In this document: piece after piece, positions 41,453 through 50,777 of the stretch
How positions within the stretch are numbered: position 1 is the first letter of the stretch
How the letters are laid out: every line of letters begins with the position of its first letter
Source of the DNA: Flavobacteriaceae bacterium
GTDB taxonomy: Bacteria; Bacteroidota; Bacteroidia; Flavobacteriales; Flavobacteriaceae
Length of the DNA stretch: 64,000 nucleotides
NCBI GenBank assembly: GCA_041749595.1
Contig: JBGTBA010000064.1
Coordinates: 242 to 64,241 of the forward strand
Direction: 5' to 3'
Program-made: the position numbers and the translations under genes
Notes under the pieces: model-generated
Told to the model about the DNA's origin: nothing
What the model saw: the letters and a program-made list of their open reading frames with translations, nothing else
Databases searched by the model: none

Positions 41453-42808
41453 ATGACTTCCTCTTTTGACGATTTTAAAATTTCTCCATCTTTTCGGAAC
41501 GCCATAAACGACTTGGGTTTTGAAAATCCAACGCCCATACAAGCGGCTTCCTATTTGGTGATTACCGCCGGTAAGGATATGGTGGGTATTGCTCAGACGG
41601 GCACAGGAAAAACCTTGGCCTATATGCTGCCCATTTTAAATACGTTTGCATTTTCCAAGGAAGGACATCCGCGCGTTTTGGTTTTGGTTCCCACTCGGGA
41701 ACTGGTGGTGCAAGTAGTCGAAGAGATTGCGAAATTTGCCAAATATACCAATATTAGAGACGTTGGGGTGTATGGTGGCGTTAATATGAACAGGCAGAAA
41801 GATGCCTTAGCCAATGGAGCGGATATTGTCGTGGCCACGCCCGGAAGGTTATACGACCTCGTCTTGAGTGGCGCGCTGCGCTTAAAATTCATTCATAAAT
41901 TGGTTATTGATGAAGTGGATGTGATGCTTGATCTCGGTTTTCGTTTTCAACTTACCAATATTTTTGAGCTCTTGCCCGAACGTCGCCAGAATATCATGTT
42001 TTCGGCCACCATGACCGAAGAAGTAGATACGCTTATCAATGATTTTTTCGTGCTTCCGGAAAAAGTATCGGTGGCACTCAGCGGCACGCCATTGGAAAAT
42101 ATCTCCCAATGGGCTTATGCGGTACCCAATTTTTATACCAAGGTGAATTTATTGATCCACCTCCTTCAGGATACGACCACTTTTCATAAGGTGCTGGTAT
42201 TTGTTTCGAATAAAAAAAGTGCCGACCGATTGTTTGAAGCTTTGGACGAATTTTATGGCGAGGAACTGTGTCTTATTCATTCCAACAAAACCCAGAATTA
42301 CAGATTGCGGTCCATTCGTCAGTTCGACGAGGGCAAAAACAGGATTATGGTTACCACCGATGTCATGGCACGTGGTTTGGACTTGGACAAAATATCGCAC
42401 GTCATTAACTTTGATACGCCTATTTTTCCTGAAAACTATATCCATAGAATAGGTAGAACAGGAAGGGCAACGGAAAGGGGCACAGCCATTTTGTTTTCTA
42501 CAGCCACGGAGATTCCTGCTAAAGAACGGATAGAAGCTTTGATGAAAATTGAAATCGCCGTATTGGAACTGCCAAAGGAGATCCAAATTTCGCAAAGGCT
42601 AACGCCGGAAGAGGAACCCAAAAATGGGGAACCCAATAATCCACATAAGGATACCGGAGACGGATCTAGAGGGGCAAGTTTCCATGAAAAATCGGAAAAA
42701 AACAAAAAGTCCAATTTGGGCAGTAAGTACAAGCGCACCATTAAAGTGAAATACAAAAAGCCCAAGACCAGAGGGGACAAGGATCTTAATAGACGGCGAA
42801 AGAAGTAA
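41453..42808 (+). CDS. DEAD-box RNA helicase with basic C-terminal tail
   Basis: Q motif, AQTGTGKT, PTREL, DEVD, SAT, HRIGRTGRA. Confidence 0.93.
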   Translation: MTSSFDDFKISPSFRNAINDLGFENPTPIQAASYLVITAGKDMVGIAQTGTGKTLAYMLPILNTFAFSKEGHPRVLVLVPTRELVVQVVEEIAKFAKYTNIRDVGVYGGVNMNRQKDALANGADIVVATPGRLYDLVLSGALRLKFIHKLVIDEVDVMLDLGFRFQLTNIFELLPERRQNIMFSATMTEEVDTLINDFFVLPEKVSVALSGTPLENISQWAYAVPNFYTKVNLLIHLLQDTTTFHKVLVFVSNKKSADRLFEALDEFYGEELCLIHSNKTQNYRLRSIRQFDEGKNRIMVTTDVMARGLDLDKISHVINFDTPIFPENYIHRIGRTGRATERGTAILFSTATEIPAKERIEALMKIEIAVLELPKEIQISQRLTPEEEPKNGEPNNPHKDTGDGSRGASFHEKSEKNKKSNLGSKYKRTIKVKYKKPKTRGDKDLNRRRKK

Positions 42809-42849
42809 TTTTAGCTATGCGGCCGGCACACAAAGCAATTCCAATAGGG

Positions 42850-43656
42850 CTATAACTGCTTTAACCGAATATTGCGATACGCCACTTTCATCGGTGGCCC
42901 CACATGTACTTGAAGCCCAAGAAAACCGTTTGATTTCTGATTTATGCTGTCCATATCGGTTACATCACTCATCAAAATACCATTGATGTAATGTTGCAGT
43001 CGGTTTCCGGTAATAGTTAAGCGACAATGGTTCCAGTCTTCCTTTTTTATGTTAGCTTTTAAGGAATCCGAATGGCCCAAGGAAGCCAGGATTTCCCTGG
43101 TTTGCCAGGCGTTATTTTTTATATTGGCCTGTAAAGAGGTTGGACTTTGGGGATTCGGCTGCGAAGCTACCCGTACCTTTTCCCCGCGATAGGCTAAGGT
43201 GGTACGTTTGCGTTCCTCGTAATTCTGACCGGTATACCTGATTTCCCCATCAATATCGGCCTGATAACCGCGGAGTGCAAAAGGAACGCTATCTAGGCGC
43301 TCACTGCGGTAATTGATGCCGCTGTTCCCTGCCTCCGTGATACGAAATTCCAGTTGAAGTTCAAAATCTGCCGGTTGCCCGCCTTTCCAAATGATAAAGG
43401 TGTTTTTTTTAAGTAGGGTAGCGGGAGTAACTTCGCCCGTTAAATTACCATCTTCCACTCGCCAATAGGCAGTATCCCCTTCCCAACCGTCCAAGGATCT
43501 GCCATCAAAAATAGAGATAAAACCATCTGCTCCCGAAGGGTCGGTTGGCTTAGTTATGGCCTTGGACACTGTTTTGGTGTCCCCACAGGAAAACAAGGCG
43601 GTTAGTATGAATAGGAGTCCAAGAATAGGGGTAAGCAACGTCTTTAAAGTGGGCAT
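42850..43656 (-). CDS. DUF1080 (3-keto-disaccharide hydrolase-like) lipoprotein
   Basis: LFSC lipobox, FDGRSLDGW, GNSGI, GYQADI, LGLQVH. Confidence 0.87.
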   Translation of the reverse strand: MPTLKTLLTPILGLLFILTALFSCGDTKTVSKAITKPTDPSGADGFISIFDGRSLDGWEGDTAYWRVEDGNLTGEVTPATLLKKNTFIIWKGGQPADFELQLEFRITEAGNSGINYRSERLDSVPFALRGYQADIDGEIRYTGQNYEERKRTTLAYRGEKVRVASQPNPQSPTSLQANIKNNAWQTREILASLGHSDSLKANIKKEDWNHCRLTITGNRLQHYINGILMSDVTDMDSINQKSNGFLGLQVHVGPPMKVAYRNIRLKQL

Positions 43657-43830
43657 GGTGCTATAATTTAGAAAAAGCAGCTATGGCTTTGCTGTCGAAT
43701 ATAGTAAAAAATAAGTTTTGTTGGATGATCCCACCAAAGGATTCCAAATTTAGGCTAGGCATCACATTAAAATAACGCCACATCGACAAAAAAGAAGTAC
43801 TTTTGCGGCTGGTTTATAAAAGCAACCCTT

Positions 43831-44283
43831 ATGAAGCGTATCGCCGAATACAAAAAACTGTTCGCCATTGAAAAAGAGATCGAATTAAAAACACTTAAAA
43901 CCAAGTACCGCGATCTGGTAAAACAATGGCATCCCGATAAATTCCAAGAAGGAGATTCCCTTCGCGAGGAAGCAGAAATACAAAGTCGAAAAATTATCGA
44001 TGCCTACCATTTTTTGGTTAGTATGGCACCGGAGACCAAAGCGGCCAATTTGGAAACGTATACCAAGACCATAACCGAATCGGGCATTGCCGATTTTCAG
44101 CACAAGGGGCTTTTGTTGGAGGTTACTTTTTTGGATGGTAGTACCTACGAATATTTTGGGGTTCCCAAAAGTATTTATATCAAACTCATCAATTCCCCAA
44201 AACAGTTTCGGTTTGCAAAACGGAGTATTTTTAACAGCTATCCCTATAGAAAATCCAAGAAATTACTTCAGGAGGTAGCATAG
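43831..44283 (+). CDS. J-domain (HPD) - KTSC domain fusion protein
   Basis: YRDLVKQWHPDKF...IIDAYHFL J-domain; LEVTFLDGSTYEYFGVP..Y..L KTSC signature. Confidence 0.85.
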   Translation: MKRIAEYKKLFAIEKEIELKTLKTKYRDLVKQWHPDKFQEGDSLREEAEIQSRKIIDAYHFLVSMAPETKAANLETYTKTITESGIADFQHKGLLLEVTFLDGSTYEYFGVPKSIYIKLINSPKQFRFAKRSIFNSYPYRKSKKLLQEVA

Positions 44284-44847
44284 GTCATACGAGGTTACTT
44301 GTCCCGGCACCATATCCGCAAGGACTATATCGGCAATGCGTATGCGCACCAGTCGCAAGGTAGGATAGCCCACAGCAGCAGTCATTTTTCGAATCTGCCT
44401 AAACTTTCCCTCAGTGAGCGTAATGCTGATCCATGAATTCGGTCTATGACCTCCAATACGAAGTTTTGCGTTGGCCGCCGGTAGGTTGGAGGGTACGTCT
44501 AATTTAAAGACGTTACAGGGTTTGGTATTATATTTTTTACCGTGAACGCCAATTTCGACACCATCACCTAATTTTTGTAGCGCATCTGCCGTAATTTCCC
44601 CGTCCAATTGGGCATAATATTCCTTTTCTATTCCGGCCCTGTTAATAGTATCACTCAATTGTCCATCAGTAGTCATTAGCAATAAACCTTCCGATTTTTC
44701 ATCCAAGCGGCCCACGGGCATCGTGCCTTTCGGAAAGGCAAACAGTTCGTCTAAAAAGCGTTTCTTACGCACTTCTTTCGCATCATGCGAGAGTAGTTGA
44801 CTCAATACACCAAAAGGTTTGTACAATTTAAAATGGCAGTGCGGCAT
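44263..44847 (-). CDS. rRNA pseudouridine synthase (RsuA/RluE family)
   Basis: KPFGVLSQ, GRLDEKSEGLLL, EGKFRQIRKM; overlaps the convergent KTSC gene by 21 nt. Confidence 0.9.
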   Translation of the reverse strand: MPHCHFKLYKPFGVLSQLLSHDAKEVRKKRFLDELFAFPKGTMPVGRLDEKSEGLLLMTTDGQLSDTINRAGIEKEYYAQLDGEITADALQKLGDGVEIGVHGKKYNTKPCNVFKLDVPSNLPAANAKLRIGGHRPNSWISITLTEGKFRQIRKMTAAVGYPTLRLVRIRIADIVLADMVPGQVTSYDLCYLLK

Positions 44848-45095
44848 ATCCCTTATTTAATGCTACCTTATAATTCAATCTAAGAAAGGGTCTCAAAATT
44901 AACGCTATAAAGGCTCTGGCTGAAGGTTATTTGGGATAAAAATCCAAAATGAAAGGTAAAAATGACGTAGTTTATCGAAAAAAATAAAAAAAGATGATTT
45001 TTAAGTAGGGTATTGCCAACTTGCATTGTTTTTAAGTTGTGCCCTTTATATCGGGACGAAACCTACGAAATATTAATTATTTAAAATTGTAAATT

Positions 45096-45971
45096 ATGAA
45101 AATTAAGTATTTACCAATGGTATTATATGCCGCTGTGGCATTGTTTTTCAGTTGTTCGGATAATAATGATAGTACCAGTGGCACAGGTCGTCTTAGTGTT
45201 GTTCTTACGGATGCCCCTTTTCCGTCTGATTTAGTGGCCGAAGCCAACGTTACCATTTTTAAATTGGATGCCCGTTTGAAAGGAGAAGCCAAAGAAATGG
45301 AAGGGCAAACCAAGGACGAATCTACTTTTGTAGTGCTTATGGAGAATGAGATACAGGTTAATTTGCTGGATCTTACCAACGGTATAACAGAGCAACTTGT
45401 GAATACCGATGTGCCCGTTGGCACCTATGATTTAATCCGGGTGTACGTCAAAGGTATCAATGTAGTGTTGACCGATGGAACCACCTACGATTTACAGGTT
45501 CCGAGCGGATCGCAAAGCGGGATTAAAGTGTTCATTAAACCGGGATTGGTGGTAAATGGAGGACTATCTTCCGATTTGTTGCTGGATTTTGACGTTAGTA
45601 GATCTTTCGTTCCAAAAGGAAACCGTCACGACTTTGGAGGCATCACCGGGTTTAACTTTAAACCGGTAATAAAGGCAAGTAACATGACCACCGCGGGTAC
45701 ACTTACCGGAGTGGTGACTACCTTGCAAGAAGAAACGCTGGTTGGATTAGAGGGTGTTCAGGTTTCCGTTTTTGCAGCCGACACATTGAATACCACTGCT
45801 TTTACCGATGCCACCGGTGAGTACGCCATTATGGGACTTACTTCTGGCTCCTATGATGTGGAAGTAGAGTTGGAAGGCTTTGAATCGCAATCTGTTGAAG
45901 ACATCAACATATCGGCCGGGAATAAGACCATTCAGGATTTTGAACTTACGGCAACTACAGTTTTACCTTAG
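45096..45971 (+). CDS. DUF4382 lipoprotein with C-terminal carboxypeptidase-regulatory-like domain
   Basis: FFSC lipobox, LTDAP, NLLDLTNG, PSGSQSGIK, DFDVSRS, FKPVI. Confidence 0.85.
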   Translation: MKIKYLPMVLYAAVALFFSCSDNNDSTSGTGRLSVVLTDAPFPSDLVAEANVTIFKLDARLKGEAKEMEGQTKDESTFVVLMENEIQVNLLDLTNGITEQLVNTDVPVGTYDLIRVYVKGINVVLTDGTTYDLQVPSGSQSGIKVFIKPGLVVNGGLSSDLLLDFDVSRSFVPKGNRHDFGGITGFNFKPVIKASNMTTAGTLTGVVTTLQEETLVGLEGVQVSVFAADTLNTTAFTDATGEYAIMGLTSGSYDVEVELEGFESQSVEDINISAGNKTIQDFELTATTVLP

Positions 45972-45996
45972 AAGTATACTGTTATTAAACTAAAAT

Positions 45997-46026
45997 GAAG
46001 CCGTCTATAATTTTTATGGCGGCTTC
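45997..46026. terminator. Hairpin between convergent genes
   Basis: gaagccgtc...ggcggcttc stem. Confidence 0.55.
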
Positions 46027-46070
46027 TTACTTTCGTATCCTCAAGTGATGAAATTCCCTAATCATTAGGT

Positions 46071-46559
46071 TTATTTTCCGTTGCGCAGTTCTGCCTTTCG
46101 CATAGGCATACCATCTATAAGGGTGAAAAGTTTTTCTACAGACAGCACTTGGGTTTCCCGCAGCTTTATTATTCCATCCAAACCAATGAGGACAATTTTA
46201 AACGCAGAATTTTCTTTATTATATTTTGAATATAAATCCGATCCCGACCTCCAAGCACTATTTTTTTGAAGCCCTTTTTTATACTGTTCCGGAGTGCTCT
46301 GGTAGATGATTAATTTACGTGCTTTTATGCCCATGCTATCACGTTCTAAGGAACGCATTTGTTGCAGAAATTCAGTGCTTTCTTTGGTCGTTGTCATGAC
46401 AATGAGCAACCTGTCTTTCCAAACATGTGTGGACGGTTCTTGAGCGTTTATAAGAGAAGTGGTACATATACAGGTCAATAGGATACCGATTCGTTTTATT
46501 GATAAAAAAAAGTGTACCTTATAGGGTTTATTTGGTGTATGTAGATTTGTATTGTTCAT
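46071..46559 (-). CDS. DUF4174 family protein
   Basis: WKDRLL, LIGLDGIIK, IDGMPMRKAE; start uncertain. Confidence 0.82.
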   Translation of the reverse strand: MNNTNLHTPNKPYKVHFFLSIKRIGILLTCICTTSLINAQEPSTHVWKDRLLIVMTTTKESTEFLQQMRSLERDSMGIKARKLIIYQSTPEQYKKGLQKNSAWRSGSDLYSKYNKENSAFKIVLIGLDGIIKLRETQVLSVEKLFTLIDGMPMRKAELRNGK

Positions 46560-46684
46560 TCTTATTATATGCCCATTTGACAATTTCCTGTCTCCAAGGT
46601 ACAATAAAAAGGTGAGTATAAAATGAGATGCTACGTTCCCGCTAGGGCATAAAATGAGAGTGCTACTTTGAAAAACGAACCCAC

Positions 46685-46719
46685 AAAAAATCCGTTCCCC
46701 CTGTATTGAGGAAACGGAT
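46685..46719 (-). terminator. Intrinsic terminator of the sugar isomerase gene
   Basis: atccgtt/aacggat stem with A run on + (T tail on -). Confidence 0.55.
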
Positions 46720-46756
46720 GCTTTGGTGTTTTAAAAAGTAATTAAGAGAAAATACG

Positions 46757-47632
46757 CTATTTAAATCCAAATTTTTGAAGGCCTTTGTGGCTTATTTTTA
46801 TGGCTTCCAAAGGTTTAAGATCGAAAGTATTATCTTGTTCTACCATATAATATTTCATTCCGGATAATTTTTTGTTGGCCAGTATATTGGCAAAATCGAT
46901 ATTTCCATTGCCCACTGGGGCAAATTTCCCTTCATTATCCATATCCTTAACGTGCCAAATCTTGAAACGACCGGGGTATTTTGTAAAATAGGCAATAGGA
47001 TTCGCCTCCGCTTTGGTCACCCAATAGATATCCATCTGGAAGTTCACTGATTTCGGATCGGTATTTTCCAGTAAATAGTCAATAGGTACAACCCCATCTT
47101 TATCTTTTTTAAATTCAAAATCGTGGTTGTGATAAAGTAATTTAAGTCCGGCTTTATTACATTTTTCACCCAAGGTGGTCAATACCTTGGCCAGATTTTC
47201 GGCACCTCCGGTCATGCCCATACTCCGTGTGGCGGCATCAAAAGTAAACGTACCCATGGGCGGTACGGGAATAACAAAATATTTAAATCCTGCTGCCTTT
47301 ACGTCCGCAATCATGGCATCGGCATTTTCCAGGGTTACCGAACCTTGATGCGTACTGATGGGAGTTAACCCCAATTCCTTGAGTAGGTTTTTAAATTCAA
47401 CGGGGGTCAAACCGTAGAATTTACCGTCTGCGTACCCTGCAGCTTCAATGTTCTTATATCCGGCATCGGCAACGGCTTGCAGGGTAGCCCGGGCATTGGT
47501 GCCCATATCGTCCCTAACCGTGTACAAGGCCAAACCTCCGAATTTTTTTTGGGCATAGCTGTTGCTCATGGCCGCGGCAAAAAATAGGATAAAAAGCGAT
47601 TTTGAAATAGTGTTCATACGTAACGTTTTCAT
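46757..47632 (-). CDS. Sugar phosphate isomerase/epimerase (xylose-isomerase-like TIM barrel)
   Basis: LYTVRD, YHNHDFEF, MDIYW, WHVKD, VEQD. Confidence 0.9.
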   Translation of the reverse strand: MKTLRMNTISKSLFILFFAAAMSNSYAQKKFGGLALYTVRDDMGTNARATLQAVADAGYKNIEAAGYADGKFYGLTPVEFKNLLKELGLTPISTHQGSVTLENADAMIADVKAAGFKYFVIPVPPMGTFTFDAATRSMGMTGGAENLAKVLTTLGEKCNKAGLKLLYHNHDFEFKKDKDGVVPIDYLLENTDPKSVNFQMDIYWVTKAEANPIAYFTKYPGRFKIWHVKDMDNEGKFAPVGNGNIDFANILANKKLSGMKYYMVEQDNTFDLKPLEAIKISHKGLQKFGFK

Positions 47633-48056
47633 CGATTATTGTTTAAGTTTAAGTCGTCCTAAAAGTAAGGTTTTTGATTAATATTATGGGTGTAATTTAA
47701 CAATATCCTTTGCTTAATGAAATTTACAGGCATAAACACCTATCAATACCCAAATGAGATTGCCAAAATTGCCATATTCAACAAAGAACAGGTATGTCAT
47801 TGTTAGTGAAAATTTCGGTTGCAGGATCCCGTAAAATCAGATTGTACCTGTCCGCCACGGGAAAATCCAGAACGGTTTTGTCGGTTGAAATCGGTTCTTG
47901 ATACAATTTTTTTTACTTTGTTTTGAAAAATCAATCCAATCAAAATTCGTATACCATAACGTCATCGAGAAATCTTTACAGATTCTTTTCGCTAAATCCC
48001 GCAAACTAACTATATTTAGAAAACTAAAAATCACAACCCTCAAAACCGCTAACGCT

Positions 48057-48941
48057 ATGAAAAAGCTCAGCAAAGATTACATCAAACAAGAAGTATTTGA
48101 TTTATATGATGATTATGCCCACAATAGAATACCGCGCCGAACCTTTATGGAAAAACTGTCATTATACGCTGTAGGCGGCATTACTGTGGCTTCGTTGATG
48201 AGTTTTTTAATGCCCAATTATGTAGACACGTTACTGGTGCCGCCAAACGATCCCCGACTCGATTCTGATTTTATTACCTACGATTCCCCGAATGGAGGAG
48301 GCAGCATTAAAGGCTTACTATCCCAACCCAAAGGGAATACCAAAAAATTAGGGGGAATTTTAGTGGTACACGAAAATCGGGGCTTAAACCCATATATTGA
48401 AGATACGGCCCGATTGGCGGCTTTGGAAGGGTTTATTTCCCTGGCACCGGATGCATTAACTCCGCTTGGGGGCTATCCGGGAAATGATGATGAGGGACGG
48501 GAAATGCAGAGCAAGCGCGACCGCAACGAAATTTTGGAAGACTTTATCGCGGCATACGACTATTTAAAAGCGCATCCCAACTGTAGTGGAAAAGTGGGTG
48601 TCGTTGGTTTCTGTTTCGGCGGATGGGTATCCAATATGTTGGCAGTAAGACTGCCTGATCTGGCCGCAGCAGTTCCTTTTTACGGTGGTCAGCCCACTGA
48701 AGACATAGCTAAAATACAGGCACCGTTATTGCTGCAATATGCGGCCTTGGACACCAGAGTAAATGAAGGTTGGCCCGCTTATGAAGAGGCACTGAAAGCC
48801 CACAATAAGGAATACCAAGTATATACCTATCCCGGAGTAAACCACGGTTTTCATAACAACACAACACCGCGTTATGACAAAGCCGCTGCCGAACTTGCAT
48901 GGCAACGGACGATTGATTTTTTTAAGAGTGAGGTGAGGTGA
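48057..48941 (+). CDS. Dienelactone hydrolase family protein (YghX-like)
   Basis: [19 protein letters not shown]; N-terminal RRTFM twin-Arg-like motif. Confidence 0.9.
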   Translation: MKKLSKDYIKQEVFDLYDDYAHNRIPRRTFMEKLSLYAVGGITVASLMSFLMPNYVDTLLVPPNDPRLDSDFITYDSPNGGGSIKGLLSQPKGNTKKLGGILVVHENRGLNPYIEDTARLAALEGFISLAPDALTPLGGYPGNDDEGREMQSKRDRNEILEDFIAAYDYLKAHPNCSGKVGVVGFCFGGWVSNMLAVRLPDLAAAVPFYGGQPTEDIAKIQAPLLLQYAALDTRVNEGWPAYEEALKAHNKEYQVYTYPGVNHGFHNNTTPRYDKAAAELAWQRTIDFFKSEVR

Positions 48942-49044
48942 GGTGGTAATCATGTCCCAATAAATCACAATGTTGTTGGTGCTTCCCGTTTGCAGACAGG
49001 ATTTCCCCACCACCACCATATATATAGTGACGCCAATTTTCCCG

Positions 49045-50272
49045 TTGTACAGCATTCTCCACACAAAAAATTTCTATTAATTTCTTTAGCTAACGAGTTA
49101 AATTTTTATAGGAAAATTATAGTAAATTTAACCGTTAGTCAGAATTTGTCCACAAATGAAAATATTAGATAAAGAAATAGAAACCGATTACAAAAATCGA
49201 ATTAACCGAGTGTTTGAATTCATTGACAAAAACTTGGAATCCGATTTATCTTTGAACACTGTTTCGGAAATTGTTTTTTTCTCACCATTTCATTTTCATA
49301 GAGTTTTCAAATTTGTTACTGAAGAAACTCTAAATGAATATGTGACAAGGCGGAGAATTGAAAAATCAGCTTCGGATTTACTACATAAAAACATCACGAC
49401 AACAGAAATAGCTCACAAATACGGATTTAGTGATAATTCTTCATATTCAAGAACTTTTAAAAAGTATTTTGGAATAAGTCCAACCGGATTTATAAAAGAA
49501 AACCCAAATAGACATAGCAAGATTCGTCAACTTGAAAGCAAGAATGGACAAGAATATCCAGACTATGAAAAATATATTTGCGTCATTAATAATCTTAAAA
49601 ATTGGATAAAAATGAACGCAAAAATTGAAATTAAAGAAATGCCAAAAATGGATTTGGCTTATGTATCAAGTATTGGTCCACAAAACCTTGAAAACGCCTA
49701 TGGAAAATTGATGCAATGGGTAATACCAAAAGGATTAATGAACGACCAAACAAAAATGATAACGATTTATCACGATAGCTTTAAAGTAACAGAAGCCCAT
49801 AAAGTCAGAATGAGTGCTTCAGTATTACTAAACAAGCCTGTCGAAACAGATGGAGAAATTGGACGGAATTCAATCCAAGAGGGAAAATTTATTGTTGGTA
49901 GCTTCGAGATTGGAATGAATGAATTTGAAAAATCTTGGACAGGACTATATTTGTGGATGAACGAAAATGGATATAAGAAAGCTGACAGAGAACCTTTTGA
50001 AATGTATCATAACAATTTTAATGAACATCCTGAAAGGAAAGCAGTCGTTGACTTTTACATACCAATTGAATAAAAAAAACGCTGTACAAAAAACCTATAC
50101 GTAATGCGGACTTTAAGGCTAAATCAAAAGGTCTGTGTATATTTATAAAGTCGCTAAATCTTATGGATTTAGCTTTTGAGTAGAAAAAATAAATCAAAAC
50201 AATAAGCTTTAGCTTCGTACACAGACGGAAACGAAAAATTTCCTTGCCTCCGCACTACGCATAGCTAAACCG
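49045..50272 (+). mobile_element. Integron-like gene cassette (core site - ORF - attC-like element)
   Basis: G|TTGTACAGCAT at 49044-49055; complement ACGCTGTACAA at 50079-50089; 16-bp arms at 50095-50110 and 50249-50264; terminal G|TTAAAC at 50272-50278. Confidence 0.65.
49156..50073 (+). CDS. AraC family regulator with C-terminal GyrI-like effector-binding domain
   Basis: FSPFHFHRVF and GFSDNSSYSRTFKK HTH; C-terminal YHDS...WMNENGY...FEMY...FYIPI; markedly AT-rich. Confidence 0.93.
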   Translation: MKILDKEIETDYKNRINRVFEFIDKNLESDLSLNTVSEIVFFSPFHFHRVFKFVTEETLNEYVTRRRIEKSASDLLHKNITTTEIAHKYGFSDNSSYSRTFKKYFGISPTGFIKENPNRHSKIRQLESKNGQEYPDYEKYICVINNLKNWIKMNAKIEIKEMPKMDLAYVSSIGPQNLENAYGKLMQWVIPKGLMNDQTKMITIYHDSFKVTEAHKVRMSASVLLNKPVETDGEIGRNSIQEGKFIVGSFEIGMNEFEKSWTGLYLWMNENGYKKADREPFEMYHNNFNEHPERKAVVDFYIPIE

Positions 50273-50278
50273 TTAAAC
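50079..50278 (+). repeat. attC-like ~200-bp imperfect inverted-repeat element
   Basis: ctatacgtaatgcgga versus tccgcactacgcatag (14/16 complementary); outer ends resemble RYYYAAC...GTTRRRY boxes. Confidence 0.65.
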
Positions 50279-50481
50279 AAAATATTATTGGTGGGTTGTT
50301 GTGTTTGGCTAAAAATATAATTGTGCTATTATGACCAAGCATTAAATTGTAGGTAATTCCCTATTTTTATGAAATAAAATAGTTTCTTGAAGAAAGATAG
50401 GGGATGGCAGCTAACAGAAAAATATAAACTACTACAATAAAGACTAAACTTAATTAAAAACGAAGTTTAGTCAGGCGTTAA

Positions 50482-50664
50482 GAAGTTTTGACTACCGGCC
50501 CAAACCTCAATCTTTTGGGAAAAAGGAAACCGGAGGTGTATGGAAGCATCACCTTTCGGGATTATTTGGCACAAATGCAGTTTAAATTCAAAAATGTGCA
50601 ATTGGCGTATTTTTAATCCAATATAGAAGGCCAGCTCATAGATAAATTACAGAAGGTTGGTTTT
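50482..50664 (+). pseudogene. aroQ: 5' fragment of type II 3-dehydroquinate dehydratase
   Basis: Manual translation GPNLNLLGKRKPEVYGS...YF*SNIEGQLIDKLQKVGF; internal TAA at 50614; no start codon; similarity lost after ~50664. Confidence 0.85.
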
Positions 50665-50777
50665 TGTAACGCAAATATAAATAGTTTCCGTAATTTCCGG
50701 ATTTAAAATAATGGTGGACAATACTTTATAGGTTCTATCGTTAAGTTTTTAAGGAACAACGTTAACTGTTCAATCTT

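Noticed and set aside
47650-48050. Possible gene remnant or N-terminal extension of the dienelactone hydrolase
   Set aside because: No recognisable family in any frame; the likely start is ATG 48057.
48942-49043. gaggt and cac micro-repeats and a possible gene fragment left of the cassette
   Set aside because: Only 3-4 short units, and the translations could not be assigned.
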